A DNA stretch of 64,000 bases from Giardia intestinalis (lineage: Eukaryota): the NCBI GenBank assembly GCA_000002435.2, contig CM018791.1; one strand, 5' to 3'. The notes below the pieces were generated by a model, which was given only the letters and a program-made list of their open reading frames with translations, did not search any database and had not been told where the DNA came from. Shown piece by piece: positions 28,951 through 37,876 of the stretch. How positions within the stretch are numbered: the first letter of the stretch is position 1; each line of letters begins with the position of its first letter. The position numbers and the translations under genes were made by a program.

Positions 28951-31437
28951 ATGACGTCTGCGCCGCAGCCCTCGGGCCTCTTCGACCCGGCGCCCCGGCC
29001 CACGGCGGCGGGGGACGGACGCCCGCCCGCGGCAGCCGCGCCCTCGTTCGTCCTCGCCGGCGACCCCGAGGGCCTCGCAGGCGCGTTCCTCCGCGTCGTC
29101 CACCAGGCGCTCGTCCTCGGGCGGCTCGAGGCCCTCCTCGACGGCCCCCCGCCCGCCGGAGACGCCCCGCAGCTCTGGGCCGGGCTCCTCCGCGCCGCGC
29201 TCGCCGGGGCGGGGACGCTCGACCTGGGGCCTCTTGCCGCGCAGCTCGGGCCGCTCCCAGACCCCGGGGCGCTCCCGGCGCTCGTCCGCTCCCTCCCGGC
29301 CCCCGTCTGCGCCGCGCTCTTCGGGCTCCCCGGGCCCTGCCCCGCGTGCGGCGCGCCCTCCCAGCCCGGGGCGAGCGCCGTCCTCGCGCCCGGAGAGGCC
29401 CTCGCCGCAGGGGCCCGGCGGGTCGGCCTCCGCTGCGAGAGCTGCACCCGCCCAGACGCCCTCCCGCTCGCCCGGCCGCCCCTCCTCCGCGCCGTCGCCG
29501 TCCCCCCGGGCTTCGCGGGCCCCGTCCCCCTCCGGCTCCCCGGCGACCTCTTCCTCGGGGCCGTCGTCACCCGCGCCCGCGCCGGCCACGCGCTCTCGGT
29601 CTTCGTCAACCCCGCCTTCGCCCAGGGCCGGAGCGACCTCGTCCGGGACCGCCGCTTCGTCCTCTACGCGCCCCCGGCCGCCGAGCTCCGCGCCCAGCCC
29701 GGGAGCCGCGCCGCCGAGCTCACGTACCTCCGCTACCGGAAGGTCCAGGCGTACCTCGAGCGCCCCGCCGCCGCCCGCGAGGCCGCCTCCTTCGGGGCGC
29801 CCCGCTTCGTCTTCTACTTCGACGGAGACGTTCTGCACCCAGACATTAGGAAGCGCTTTAATGCGCTAGCCTCTGATACTGACCTGATTGCGATTAATCC
29901 ATCACTATCTGCTCCACATCAGCCTCCAACCCTTTCGCAGCCACACACGCTATCCTCCCCCAAGGAGCCAGAAACTGTTGATGTCACACTTAAAGTCGGT
30001 GGTGCTACCAAGCAAACTCTAGCTGAACAGCAGCACACTCTTGCCTCTCCGTCCCTAGATTCGAGACCGCCTTTGAGTACACTTTCTTTGCACAAATCTA
30101 GCCAACTAGTTGGTGAATCGACTCCTTGGAAAGAAACCAAGACGATCTTATTGCGCCCAGACTTTGTTCAGGAAAGGAAAACATCGTGTTCAGATGAATT
30201 TCGTGAGCACATGGGCATATACATTCTGATTATTGTTCTAGCAGTTATAGTTCTTGTTCTCTTCATCCTCGTGATTGTTCTCTATTCCAGATTGATTAAT
30301 TTGACTGTTCGCAATCTACTTGTCACAAATTTCACGGCAATAGGTGTCCAGTCACGCTTAGACATCCCCAACCCAGCGCAGTTCACGTGCCCAAGTGGGA
30401 TTCAAGACGTGAACGCAGTAAGATACTGTGAGCAGATGGCTCCTGATGCAACCGTTGGCCTCTATGCACCAACTGTTCGAACCGGTACATTCAATTCTAA
30501 GCAGTACAATGTGACCAACCTCTACTATTCTAATATCTTCCTTCTTAACTTTACTCAGATAGCCCCTCTGAATGTCTCCGAACTCATAGCACAGAATATT
30601 ATGACAAATGACGTCACATATAGTACAGAACTTGTCCAGGAAGGGACAGCAGAGTTCCGGACCGGCCAGGTTAGTGTCCAAGGCTTTAGAAGTGCAGATT
30701 TCACCAACACAACGCTGAATTTCAGTCTTACGAGCCTTTCTGCTCTTCATGTGCGTGGCATCTCCTCGCCAAGCTCTGTGACTCCGTCGACTATAGGAAC
30801 TGTCAATGCCGGCAAACTAGTGTTGGCTCAAAAAGATCCAATCACTCCAATCACCACCTTCAGTATAATAGGAGACGTCAATGTGTCACGCCTCGTTGGA
30901 GGCTCTACAACAATCGGACAGCAGGCACTAGAATGGGTGTTTCAGAACGTATCCGCTTCCAAGCTAGTTACCACACCCGTAACAACGACAGTCAAGACAA
31001 TCAATGGAATGGATACTCCTGTCACATTAGATATAAACCTCAATGATGCTTTGTCCGTGAAGACTCTCACTCTTCTTAAGTCGGGTACGTCGGCATCGAT
31101 CCAAATATCTGCTGCATTTACCATCAGTAAGGCTTCTGTATACAATTGCACTACAGCCTTGCTGACAATTCCTAGTGCCACAGCGACTCCGCCCAACACG
31201 GGAACTGGTTTGTATATCAAGAGCCTCTCTGATAAACCGTTTCCTCAGATATCTGCTCTGGTTGTGGGGAATATTCGGATTGACAATGGGGGGATATGCA
31301 ACGCCAATGACCCTCCGGCATCTACGACGCGGACATGCATGATATCAAGCGCAGGCAGCAGCAATATCGGGTCTATGTCTGCCACGACAGTCACTTCTAC
31401 TGGGCAGTTGAAGAGCTCTTTCTGCCAATGCACATGA
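28951..31437 (+). CDS. Compositionally chimeric ORF (828 aa): an Ala/Pro/Gly/Arg/Leu-rich N-terminal ~295 aa encoded by ~80% GC DNA, fused in frame to a single-pass membrane protein with a Thr/Ser/Asn-rich ectodomain.
   Basis: ATG at 28951 follows an A/T-rich initiator (aactataactcaaaaaATG). GC3 exceeds 90% through ~29836, then composition abruptly returns to ~45% GC. There is a TM segment MGIYILIIVLAVIVLVLFILVIVLY at ~30212-30290 and many NxS/T sequons downstream. An alternative internal start is the Met at 30211. Confidence 0.55.
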   Translation: MTSAPQPSGLFDPAPRPTAAGDGRPPAAAAPSFVLAGDPEGLAGAFLRVVHQALVLGRLEALLDGPPPAGDAPQLWAGLLRAALAGAGTLDLGPLAAQLGPLPDPGALPALVRSLPAPVCAALFGLPGPCPACGAPSQPGASAVLAPGEALAAGARRVGLRCESCTRPDALPLARPPLLRAVAVPPGFAGPVPLRLPGDLFLGAVVTRARAGHALSVFVNPAFAQGRSDLVRDRRFVLYAPPAAELRAQPGSRAAELTYLRYRKVQAYLERPAAAREAASFGAPRFVFYFDGDVLHPDIRKRFNALASDTDLIAINPSLSAPHQPPTLSQPHTLSSPKEPETVDVTLKVGGATKQTLAEQQHTLASPSLDSRPPLSTLSLHKSSQLVGESTPWKETKTILLRPDFVQERKTSCSDEFREHMGIYILIIVLAVIVLVLFILVIVLYSRLINLTVRNLLVTNFTAIGVQSRLDIPNPAQFTCPSGIQDVNAVRYCEQMAPDATVGLYAPTVRTGTFNSKQYNVTNLYYSNIFLLNFTQIAPLNVSELIAQNIMTNDVTYSTELVQEGTAEFRTGQVSVQGFRSADFTNTTLNFSLTSLSALHVRGISSPSSVTPSTIGTVNAGKLVLAQKDPITPITTFSIIGDVNVSRLVGGSTTIGQQALEWVFQNVSASKLVTTPVTTTVKTINGMDTPVTLDINLNDALSVKTLTLLKSGTSASIQISAAFTISKASVYNCTTALLTIPSATATPPNTGTGLYIKSLSDKPFPQISALVVGNIRIDNGGICNANDPPASTTRTCMISSAGSSNIGSMSATTVTSTGQLKSSFCQCT
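28956..29836 (+). other. Roughly 0.9 kb compositional island (~80% GC against a ~48% background) with strong 3-nt periodicity in the +1 frame of the 28951 ORF.
   Basis: Codon-by-codon reading shows third positions are almost exclusively G/C while second positions are mixed. All six frames are stop-free across the block: ORF-track entries 28879-29838(-), 28917-29849(+), 28944-29609(-) and 29234-29869(+) all terminate at the edges of the block. Confidence 0.9.
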
Positions 31438-31465
31438 GGGTTGAAAAGCATCATATGGTTTCCAT

Positions 31466-34153
31466 TTACATATCTTGTAACCTGTAGATTGCGGATACAA
31501 AGGCAACAAAAAGGGTGTGCGGGAGTCTGTGTTTTGACGTGAATTCAGGATGGTACTGGGTGGCCATGAAGAAGGGGTGTGCTTCTGTTGGTAACTCCAC
31601 AGCCATAGGAAGTTGGTTGGTGAAGTCCATACCACTTATTATCAGTCCGTGCTCAGTCAAGGTATCAATGTACTGGGTGTTGACGGCGAACGAGTGCCAG
31701 TGACGCTCCTTCACCTGAGGATACTTGTTGTAGCACTCGGATAGCATTGTGTTTGACTTAACTGACACCAGAAGGTCGCCCAGTCGCATAGTGCTATACT
31801 TTGCGGTGGTACCCGGATTGGCCGCGTTCTGCTGCTTGTGGAGAGGTTTGATTTGCCCGGTCTCAAGCATCTCACTAATGGGAATAATGAGTTTGTGCGG
31901 AGTGTCAGGGTCCATTTCCGTCGAGTTTGCATGGCTGAGACCACATACATTTCTCGCAAACTCGCACACCATCATCTGGAAGCCAAGACAGAGACCAAGT
32001 ATTGGCTTGTTGTGAGTTCTTGCATATTTAATCGATAACATAAGGCCGTTAACACCAATGTCTCCAAACCCACCAGGAAGAACAAACCCGTGGGCCTCTT
32101 GTAGAATGTCATCACAGTTCTTTTCATCAAGAGCTGTGGGATCTACCCACAGGAATGCGAATGGCTTATCATGGTAGTATTTGTGCATAGTAGCCCGCAG
32201 TGCTTCCAGGATAGAGAGGTAGGAGTCCTCTCTTGCAACAAACTTCCCGACAATTGCTATAATGCAGGGAAGATCCAAATGCTTAAGGGTCATTTCATGG
32301 CGAAGAGTTTTTGCTTGGGCTGCACTTGCAAGCATCTGCTGCAAACTCGTCTCGACTTCCTTTTTCTTCAGATTTTCAATGCGCAACTTTAAGTGTCCAT
32401 CAGCGTTCGAGGGGTGATGATGCTTTTTGAGCTTCAGTGTTACGTGGGTACTTCTATTACGTACAGATGCGGAGGACCCAGAATTATGAGCCAAGACGAT
32501 TTCTCCAGGAACTTCACTGGTAGACTCACTTGGGCCTTGCAATTCTGAGTGAGCTGTCGGTGTGTGCGCGCAGGAATCTGTGCAGTAACTATGGCCACTC
32601 TGGTAGCTCTGGTAGCTTTGATGGCTTGGTAGGTCTTTTGCCGTAGCTGTAATCAAGGACCCAAGGGGCATATTGGTGTCTTTCTCTGCAAGAAAGGCAT
32701 CTCCATAGTTCTTGACCATCTTTGCCACGCTTTTGGACCCAAAGTATTTCTTCTGTGAACTTAAGTGTGACTTATCAGCAATAGTACTAGTGTCAGACTC
32801 GGAATCATACAGTGCCATGTCCGAGATGACCTCTTCGGAGTGGTCCTCGTCATATATGTTGGACGCCAGGCGCATGTGCGTTAACTTCTGGCTTATAGAC
32901 TTGCAGCAGAGATCAGTTGGGGATGCCAAATATGTAAAAGTTGCCTCTGTGATGGCCTCATTGACATCCAGCAAGTGTGAATTAAGGGTACAAATGGGGC
33001 ACACTTCTGTATTCTTTGCGGTCCCACATATCATGCAGATGGCACCAAAAATGCCTTCAGCTGCGTGATCCTGCTCTTCAGTAATGTTCGCCAGAGCGTT
33101 ATCGAATCCTCTGAGCACCTCGTCCCCCAATTCCACCACCTCTTCGCGGTCCACCCTCATCTCCACGAGGACATTCCCAAGCGCCTCCATCTGACCCGTG
33201 CATTTGGCCATCTCAATAGCTTTCTTCATATCTGTTTCAGCTGTTAACGCGCTCTCATCAGTGAATGAAGGAAGAACCGCCATCGAGCTGACCAGCTCTG
33301 TTGCAGACTTGGCAGCAAAGGCCTTGAACGCCCAAGCTTTGTTCCATTTGGCAATGAGCTCTTTCAGCATTATTTTCTCGTCAGACATTCCTTTAGCGTC
33401 TACTCGCGTTGCATTGATGGTGTATTCATCGTCCAAAATGTCTGTGCTATTTAGGTTCTGAAGTTGTATGAGGTAGTCCGGGGCGTACCCGCAGAAAAGC
33501 TGCATTATCTCTGGCTTGATTGCATCAGGATTTGCTGTGGCCATCAAAATAATGATGCTGCCTCGCTGCGGAGCAGATGGAGGTGGATCTTCACTGCAAC
33601 TCAGAGACAGCAGCCTCTCGATGGTTCTAGTAAAAATTTGGGTTGAGGGTTGGCGCACACCGCCCCCAATCTCAACGATACGAATGGGGATTTCATAGGA
33701 ATTCATACCTGAAGAAGGTGGATGCTGCAGGGTGGGCTCCATCTGGATGTACGTAACAAGGTAATCCAATAGGTCCTCTTCGAAGGTAAGCCGTGTAAAC
33801 CCGGTTTCCTGTTGCTTCGCCTGTTGAATGTACAGCTGCTGAATGGCCTGTCCAAGGGTTAAACATGACGTTCGCGGCAGCTCTCCCGTTATACTTCTCT
33901 CAATGATCCCCACGTCATAATCCACCTCGCCACCGTCCCATGTGATGAAGGCCTCACCCTCCTTCTCTGGAGAAAGATTTCCAAAAGTTAAAGATAGGGT
34001 TGTGGAGAGCTTTAGGTACGAGAAAGGGATTCTTTTCTGGTCTAGATAAGAGGCCAGATAGGCCGACAGAGCTGTTGTCTTCGCATTGTAGTCATCTGTG
34101 AGAATGAAAATAAAGCGCTGGACGCCCTTCGTTACATCTGCAGAAAGAGGCAT
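31466..34153 (-). CDS. Divergent CTP synthase-like protein (895 aa) with a ~330-aa insertion between the synthetase and glutamine-amidotransferase domains.
   Basis: The N-terminus aligns to the CTPS synthetase domain ([27 protein letters not shown] vs [35 protein letters not shown] vs IVELGGTVGD). The C-terminal ~250 aa is a class-I GATase with the catalytic Cys in GLCLGFQ and His in YHPEF. The central region (residues ~290-620) has no CTPS counterpart. Confidence 0.7.
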   Translation of the reverse strand: [895 protein letters not shown]

Positions 34154-34582
34154 GGGAAGCTAAGTTTTAGGAGCTAAGTTTTAAGATGTAAATTTTCTAC
34201 AAAATTGAGACGGGCTTATAGACTAAGGCTAAGTCTTTCTATGACAAAGCGGGTCCACACTCTTTAGAACCTGAGCTATGGCAAAGTAGCACAACGCTGG
34301 CCATAAAATATCACTTGAGAAATTGAACGTTAGTTGTGTGGAAGGTTAGTATGTGAAAGCAGAGTGTATATTTTTTGAGGAACACACTACAGATTAGGTT
34401 TCGCCCAACTGTCCTCGTTCCTAGCACGAAGCCCACACCATAATTGCTAAAACGGAAACGACAATTCAATATTTCAACTCAATTTTTCGTTAATCAATAA
34501 TTTAGCATAATGAATTAAAATATGAAAAAGGTCAGCGGCGATAATCTAGAGTTAATCTAGGGTAATACAGGGAACTGCAAAC

Positions 34583-35167
34583 ATGTTCCTTTTATCCATT
34601 CTCTGGCTTCCTGCAGTGGTCTATTCCGTTGAAACGACGATAACTCAGGGAGAGAGGCTCTGCTTTGTAGAGGAGCTCCCGACTGGTGTGAAGCTTCAGG
34701 GCTCGTATGGAGCGAAGAGCCCAGTGGAGTTTCCTGTTTCAGTGACTATCTTGTCGCCAAACGGAACACTGTATCGATCCGACGATATCCCAGAAGAAGC
34801 CCGCTTCTCTTTTTCTGTGACAACGAGTGGCACATATCAACTCTGCTTTATAGGCCAAGTCCGGCGCGAAGGACAGAGGTCTCGGTATATATCGATTAAC
34901 CTTGACGTAGGGTCTGTCTTTGGATCATCTTCGACATCTGATGTTGATGCAAACAAGCTCCCCCTCATAGAGTCTATCGTTTCAGATATGAAGGAGGTCA
35001 AAGAGGACTTTTCTTACATGAAGCACCGAGAGTTGTTTCTCCGTGCTCGGATCAAGAGACTTGCCACATCCGTCATGATGGTGTCTACCCTTTGCGTTCT
35101 AGTTAGCTGGGCTGGTATGATTTTGATAGGTCAATGGACGCGTATAAGTGTCAGGAAGCACATGTGA
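34583..35167 (+). CDS. p24/emp24/gp25L (TMED) family cargo receptor with a GOLD domain (194 aa).
   Basis: Signal peptide MFLLSILWLPAVVYS, a beta-rich GOLD-like region with a conserved Cys pair (CFVEE...YQLCF), a short coiled-coil (MKEVKEDFSYMKHRELFLRARIKRL), a C-terminal TM and a short cytosolic tail. Confidence 0.65.
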   Translation: MFLLSILWLPAVVYSVETTITQGERLCFVEELPTGVKLQGSYGAKSPVEFPVSVTILSPNGTLYRSDDIPEEARFSFSVTTSGTYQLCFIGQVRREGQRSRYISINLDVGSVFGSSSTSDVDANKLPLIESIVSDMKEVKEDFSYMKHRELFLRARIKRLATSVMMVSTLCVLVSWAGMILIGQWTRISVRKHM

Positions 35168-35301
35168 GCGCATCAAGCTCTCCTCTCCCTGTTGAAGTGC
35201 TGTGAGATGGACATGTATGGTGGGGTAGTGTACGGTAGAGTAAATCCAAAATTCAAGATTTAAGAACAAGGAGGCCAAATTTTTAGATATTGCTGTTCCT
35301 A

Positions 35302-36621
35302 ATGGAGCCTGCTGTGGATTCTGTTGACCGCGATAAACGGGGTGAGTGGGGTGATCCCACGCAGGACGTTAGCCGTGTTGGCCATGTTGGCCTCTTAAAT
35401 CTAGGTAATACCTGTTTCATGAACAGTGGACTCCAGGTTCTTTTGTCAAGCAAACACCTTATAGGGGCGATTATGAAACTGAGAGAACGAGAACAGAGCG
35501 ATTTCAATGGGACCCGTGTCAACGGCAGGGAAATGCAAGATGCCTTTCAGAACCTTATTGATGCATCAAGAGGCAACATGACAGACATTTACAGGCCTGA
35601 TAAGATAAAAGACGCTGCATCAAGACTGAATAAATCCTTCAGGGGGTATGGACAGCAAGATTCATTTGAACTTATTCAAACAGTCCTGGATGGATTGGAG
35701 AAGGAGACAAATAAAGCAAAGGAGGTACCATACAAATTGCTAGACACAGATGGAATGGGGTACAGCAAGGCACAAGAGCTGTTTCGAGAGCACCACCACA
35801 TGAAGTACGACTCGCCAATCACGAAGGTCACATGCACGGAGCTTGCCAAGTGCGTCATGTGCACGAAGTGCCGCGCCAAATCATACTCCTTTTCCTACTG
35901 TCAAGCACTTCTCTTGGACCTGCCCATCAAGGAAAGTAGAACTGAAGTGAAGAAAACGAAAAAGGACGAAAAACAGGATCGGGGTAGTGGTAATAGATTG
36001 AGTCTCAGTGCACTCATCAATAACTCAGAAAAAGTATACACTGTGGACAACTACTACTGTGCAAAGTGCAAGACTCACCAGCGCGTACATGTACGGGAAT
36101 GGATATCCGAGCCAGCCAAGTGTCTTATCATTCAGCTCAAACGCTTCAGAAACGAGGGACACAGTGTGCTTCCTCGGTTTCTCTGGAGATACAGTAAGAA
36201 CGACTCGTCCGTCGAGTACGAGGACACGCTGGAGATACAATCCCTCGAGTTTGAGCAAGATGGTGTCGAAAAAGATGACATGCAGCCTGACAGGGCATAT
36301 TCAGGATCTGAGGTGGACTCCAGTGCAGATCCGACTGTCTGGGAGACCCCGTTGCATGACGATAGTAGTAGTGAGCACGTAGTGCAAGGAATGATAGCCA
36401 CGGCACTAGACGCTAAGGCACCGCATGTCAGAAGCTACAAATACCGGTACCGAGGGGCATCTTTGCACTCTGGAGGTCTGGGCGGCGGACACTACACAGC
36501 ACTCTGCTACGGCTGCAACGACAAGTACTACTACTGCAACGACTCGAGCGTCACAGTAGTGGACAGAGGAAAGTTGGACACCCGTGCATATGTGCTTCTG
36601 TTTGACAGGGTGGATTGCTAG
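35302..36621 (+). CDS. Ubiquitin carboxyl-terminal hydrolase (USP/UBP, peptidase C19), ~440 aa.
   Basis: Cys box GLLNLGNTCFMNSGLQVL and His box YRYRGASLHSGGLGGGHYTALCYGCNDKYYYCNDSSV. The ORF-track start at 35290 is TTG. The first ATG at 35302 (MEPAVDS...) follows an A/T-rich leader. Confidence 0.8.
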   Translation: MEPAVDSVDRDKRGEWGDPTQDVSRVGHVGLLNLGNTCFMNSGLQVLLSSKHLIGAIMKLREREQSDFNGTRVNGREMQDAFQNLIDASRGNMTDIYRPDKIKDAASRLNKSFRGYGQQDSFELIQTVLDGLEKETNKAKEVPYKLLDTDGMGYSKAQELFREHHHMKYDSPITKVTCTELAKCVMCTKCRAKSYSFSYCQALLLDLPIKESRTEVKKTKKDEKQDRGSGNRLSLSALINNSEKVYTVDNYYCAKCKTHQRVHVREWISEPAKCLIIQLKRFRNEGHSVLPRFLWRYSKNDSSVEYEDTLEIQSLEFEQDGVEKDDMQPDRAYSGSEVDSSADPTVWETPLHDDSSSEHVVQGMIATALDAKAPHVRSYKYRYRGASLHSGGLGGGHYTALCYGCNDKYYYCNDSSVTVVDRGKLDTRAYVLLFDRVDC

Positions 36622-36631
36622 AAAATCGAGG

Positions 36632-37876
36632 CTAGACCTCGCCGATGTATGGGATATTGTCATACTCTCGTGGAATCGGTAGATTGTAACGCATCAACAA
36701 TGCTTCCTCCAGTTTTCTGATGCTTATTCCGTCTATTAGCTGCGGGCGAACGTGCATTGGAAAGTTCTGCGGGGTGTATTCTTGCTCCTGTTGTGGCCTA
36801 TCTTTATTGCAGATTTCAAAGTCTGTGACGTGAAAGAAGAATGACATTCTGATCCAGTAATCTACCAAGAAATATATGCTGTATTCTATGCTGTCCGTTG
36901 GGATGATGCATTCGAGCTCTCCTATGCGCGACTCTGTGCTAGAATCTGCGTTATAGAAATCTAATACACCTCTTGGGTTGCTGCCTTGAGATGTGGACGC
37001 GGTATCTTGTAGCTTGATCCACCCCTCTGTGACGAGCCTCATAAGGTATCCGTTTCTAATGTGTGTCATCACCTCATATTTATATGGCAGATTGTAAACC
37101 AAAATCTGCACCCAGTTTATGCAAGGAATGATGGAGAGCTGGTGGACATCCAGCTGCTCTGTTGTGAGGCGCGGAGGCATCTGGGATAGCGCATATACTC
37201 GCGGCAGACGTAGAACATCTGCAAATCTGACATGTAAGCGCAGACCTTCGCGGATGTGAACCGTTGTAAGGCTCTTGGCATATCGTGAAAGGACAAGGGA
37301 CCGGCAACCACTCCCCAGCTCAGACTTGGAGACATAGTGGAGAAGAAGCTTAGACTTGAACTTTTCTACTTCATTGCTTTCGTCGTAGCTCCTAGAAACC
37401 CGCTCCCCGCCTCTCTCTTCCTTCATGGCAGAGGCCTTCAATGAGTAGAGAAGATTCTTCATAAGGGGGTAGTCGCGGGCAATGGTGGACTTGTTCAGGT
37501 ACGGATCCATTTCGAAGACCTCATCTGCTCCAATGCAAATGTCGCGGTTTATGGAGCGGAGAGTGCTAGAAGAATCATAGACAAAGATACTATTCAGAAT
37601 AATCCGTGCCAGGATCAGGTTCAGGCCTCGAGAGAAGAGAACCATGGCCGCTGGATGAATAACACACCTGTTGGCATACTTGCCGCCTGAGGAAATTCTC
37701 CGGAGCCTATCCATTGATACAATAGGAAGCGCCTGAACCAAGAAGCTGAAATACTTGGCTTCTGGGACTAGTTGATGGAACTTTGCAGGATATAATTTGA
37801 CCCCCTGGGTGCCCTGTTTTTCTTGTTGTGCTTCGCTAGAAGCCTTGGATTGCTCCATTGGTTGTGTTTCAGCCAT
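36632..37876 (-). CDS. Hypothetical protein (~414 aa).
   Basis: Long ORF. The ORF-track start codon at 37877-37879 is GTG. The adjacent ATG at 37874-37876 is the likely start. No recognised motif. Confidence 0.6.
   Translation of the reverse strand: MAETQPMEQSKASSEAQQEKQGTQGVKLYPAKFHQLVPEAKYFSFLVQALPIVSMDRLRRISSGGKYANRCVIHPAAMVLFSRGLNLILARIILNSIFVYDSSSTLRSINRDICIGADEVFEMDPYLNKSTIARDYPLMKNLLYSLKASAMKEERGGERVSRSYDESNEVEKFKSKLLLHYVSKSELGSGCRSLVLSRYAKSLTTVHIREGLRLHVRFADVLRLPRVYALSQMPPRLTTEQLDVHQLSIIPCINWVQILVYNLPYKYEVMTHIRNGYLMRLVTEGWIKLQDTASTSQGSNPRGVLDFYNADSSTESRIGELECIIPTDSIEYSIYFLVDYWIRMSFFFHVTDFEICNKDRPQQEQEYTPQNFPMHVRPQLIDGISIRKLEEALLMRYNLPIPREYDNIPYIGEV

Noticed and set aside
28956-29836. 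GC-rich block as a fragment of GC-rich rDNA or a simple GC repeat.
   Set aside because: There is clear 3-nt codon periodicity (GC3 far above GC2) and non-repetitive sequence. rRNA or satellite DNA would not show frame-specific third-position bias.
28879-29869. Four additional long ORFs in other frames and strands across the GC-rich block (28879-29838 -, 28917-29849 +, 28944-29609 -, 29234-29869 +), encoding Arg/Pro/Gly-rich low-complexity peptides.
   Set aside because: They are stop-codon-free by composition alone, since TAA/TAG/TGA are A/T-rich. Only the frame continuous with the 28951 ATG shows the GC3 over GC2 periodicity expected of real coding sequence.
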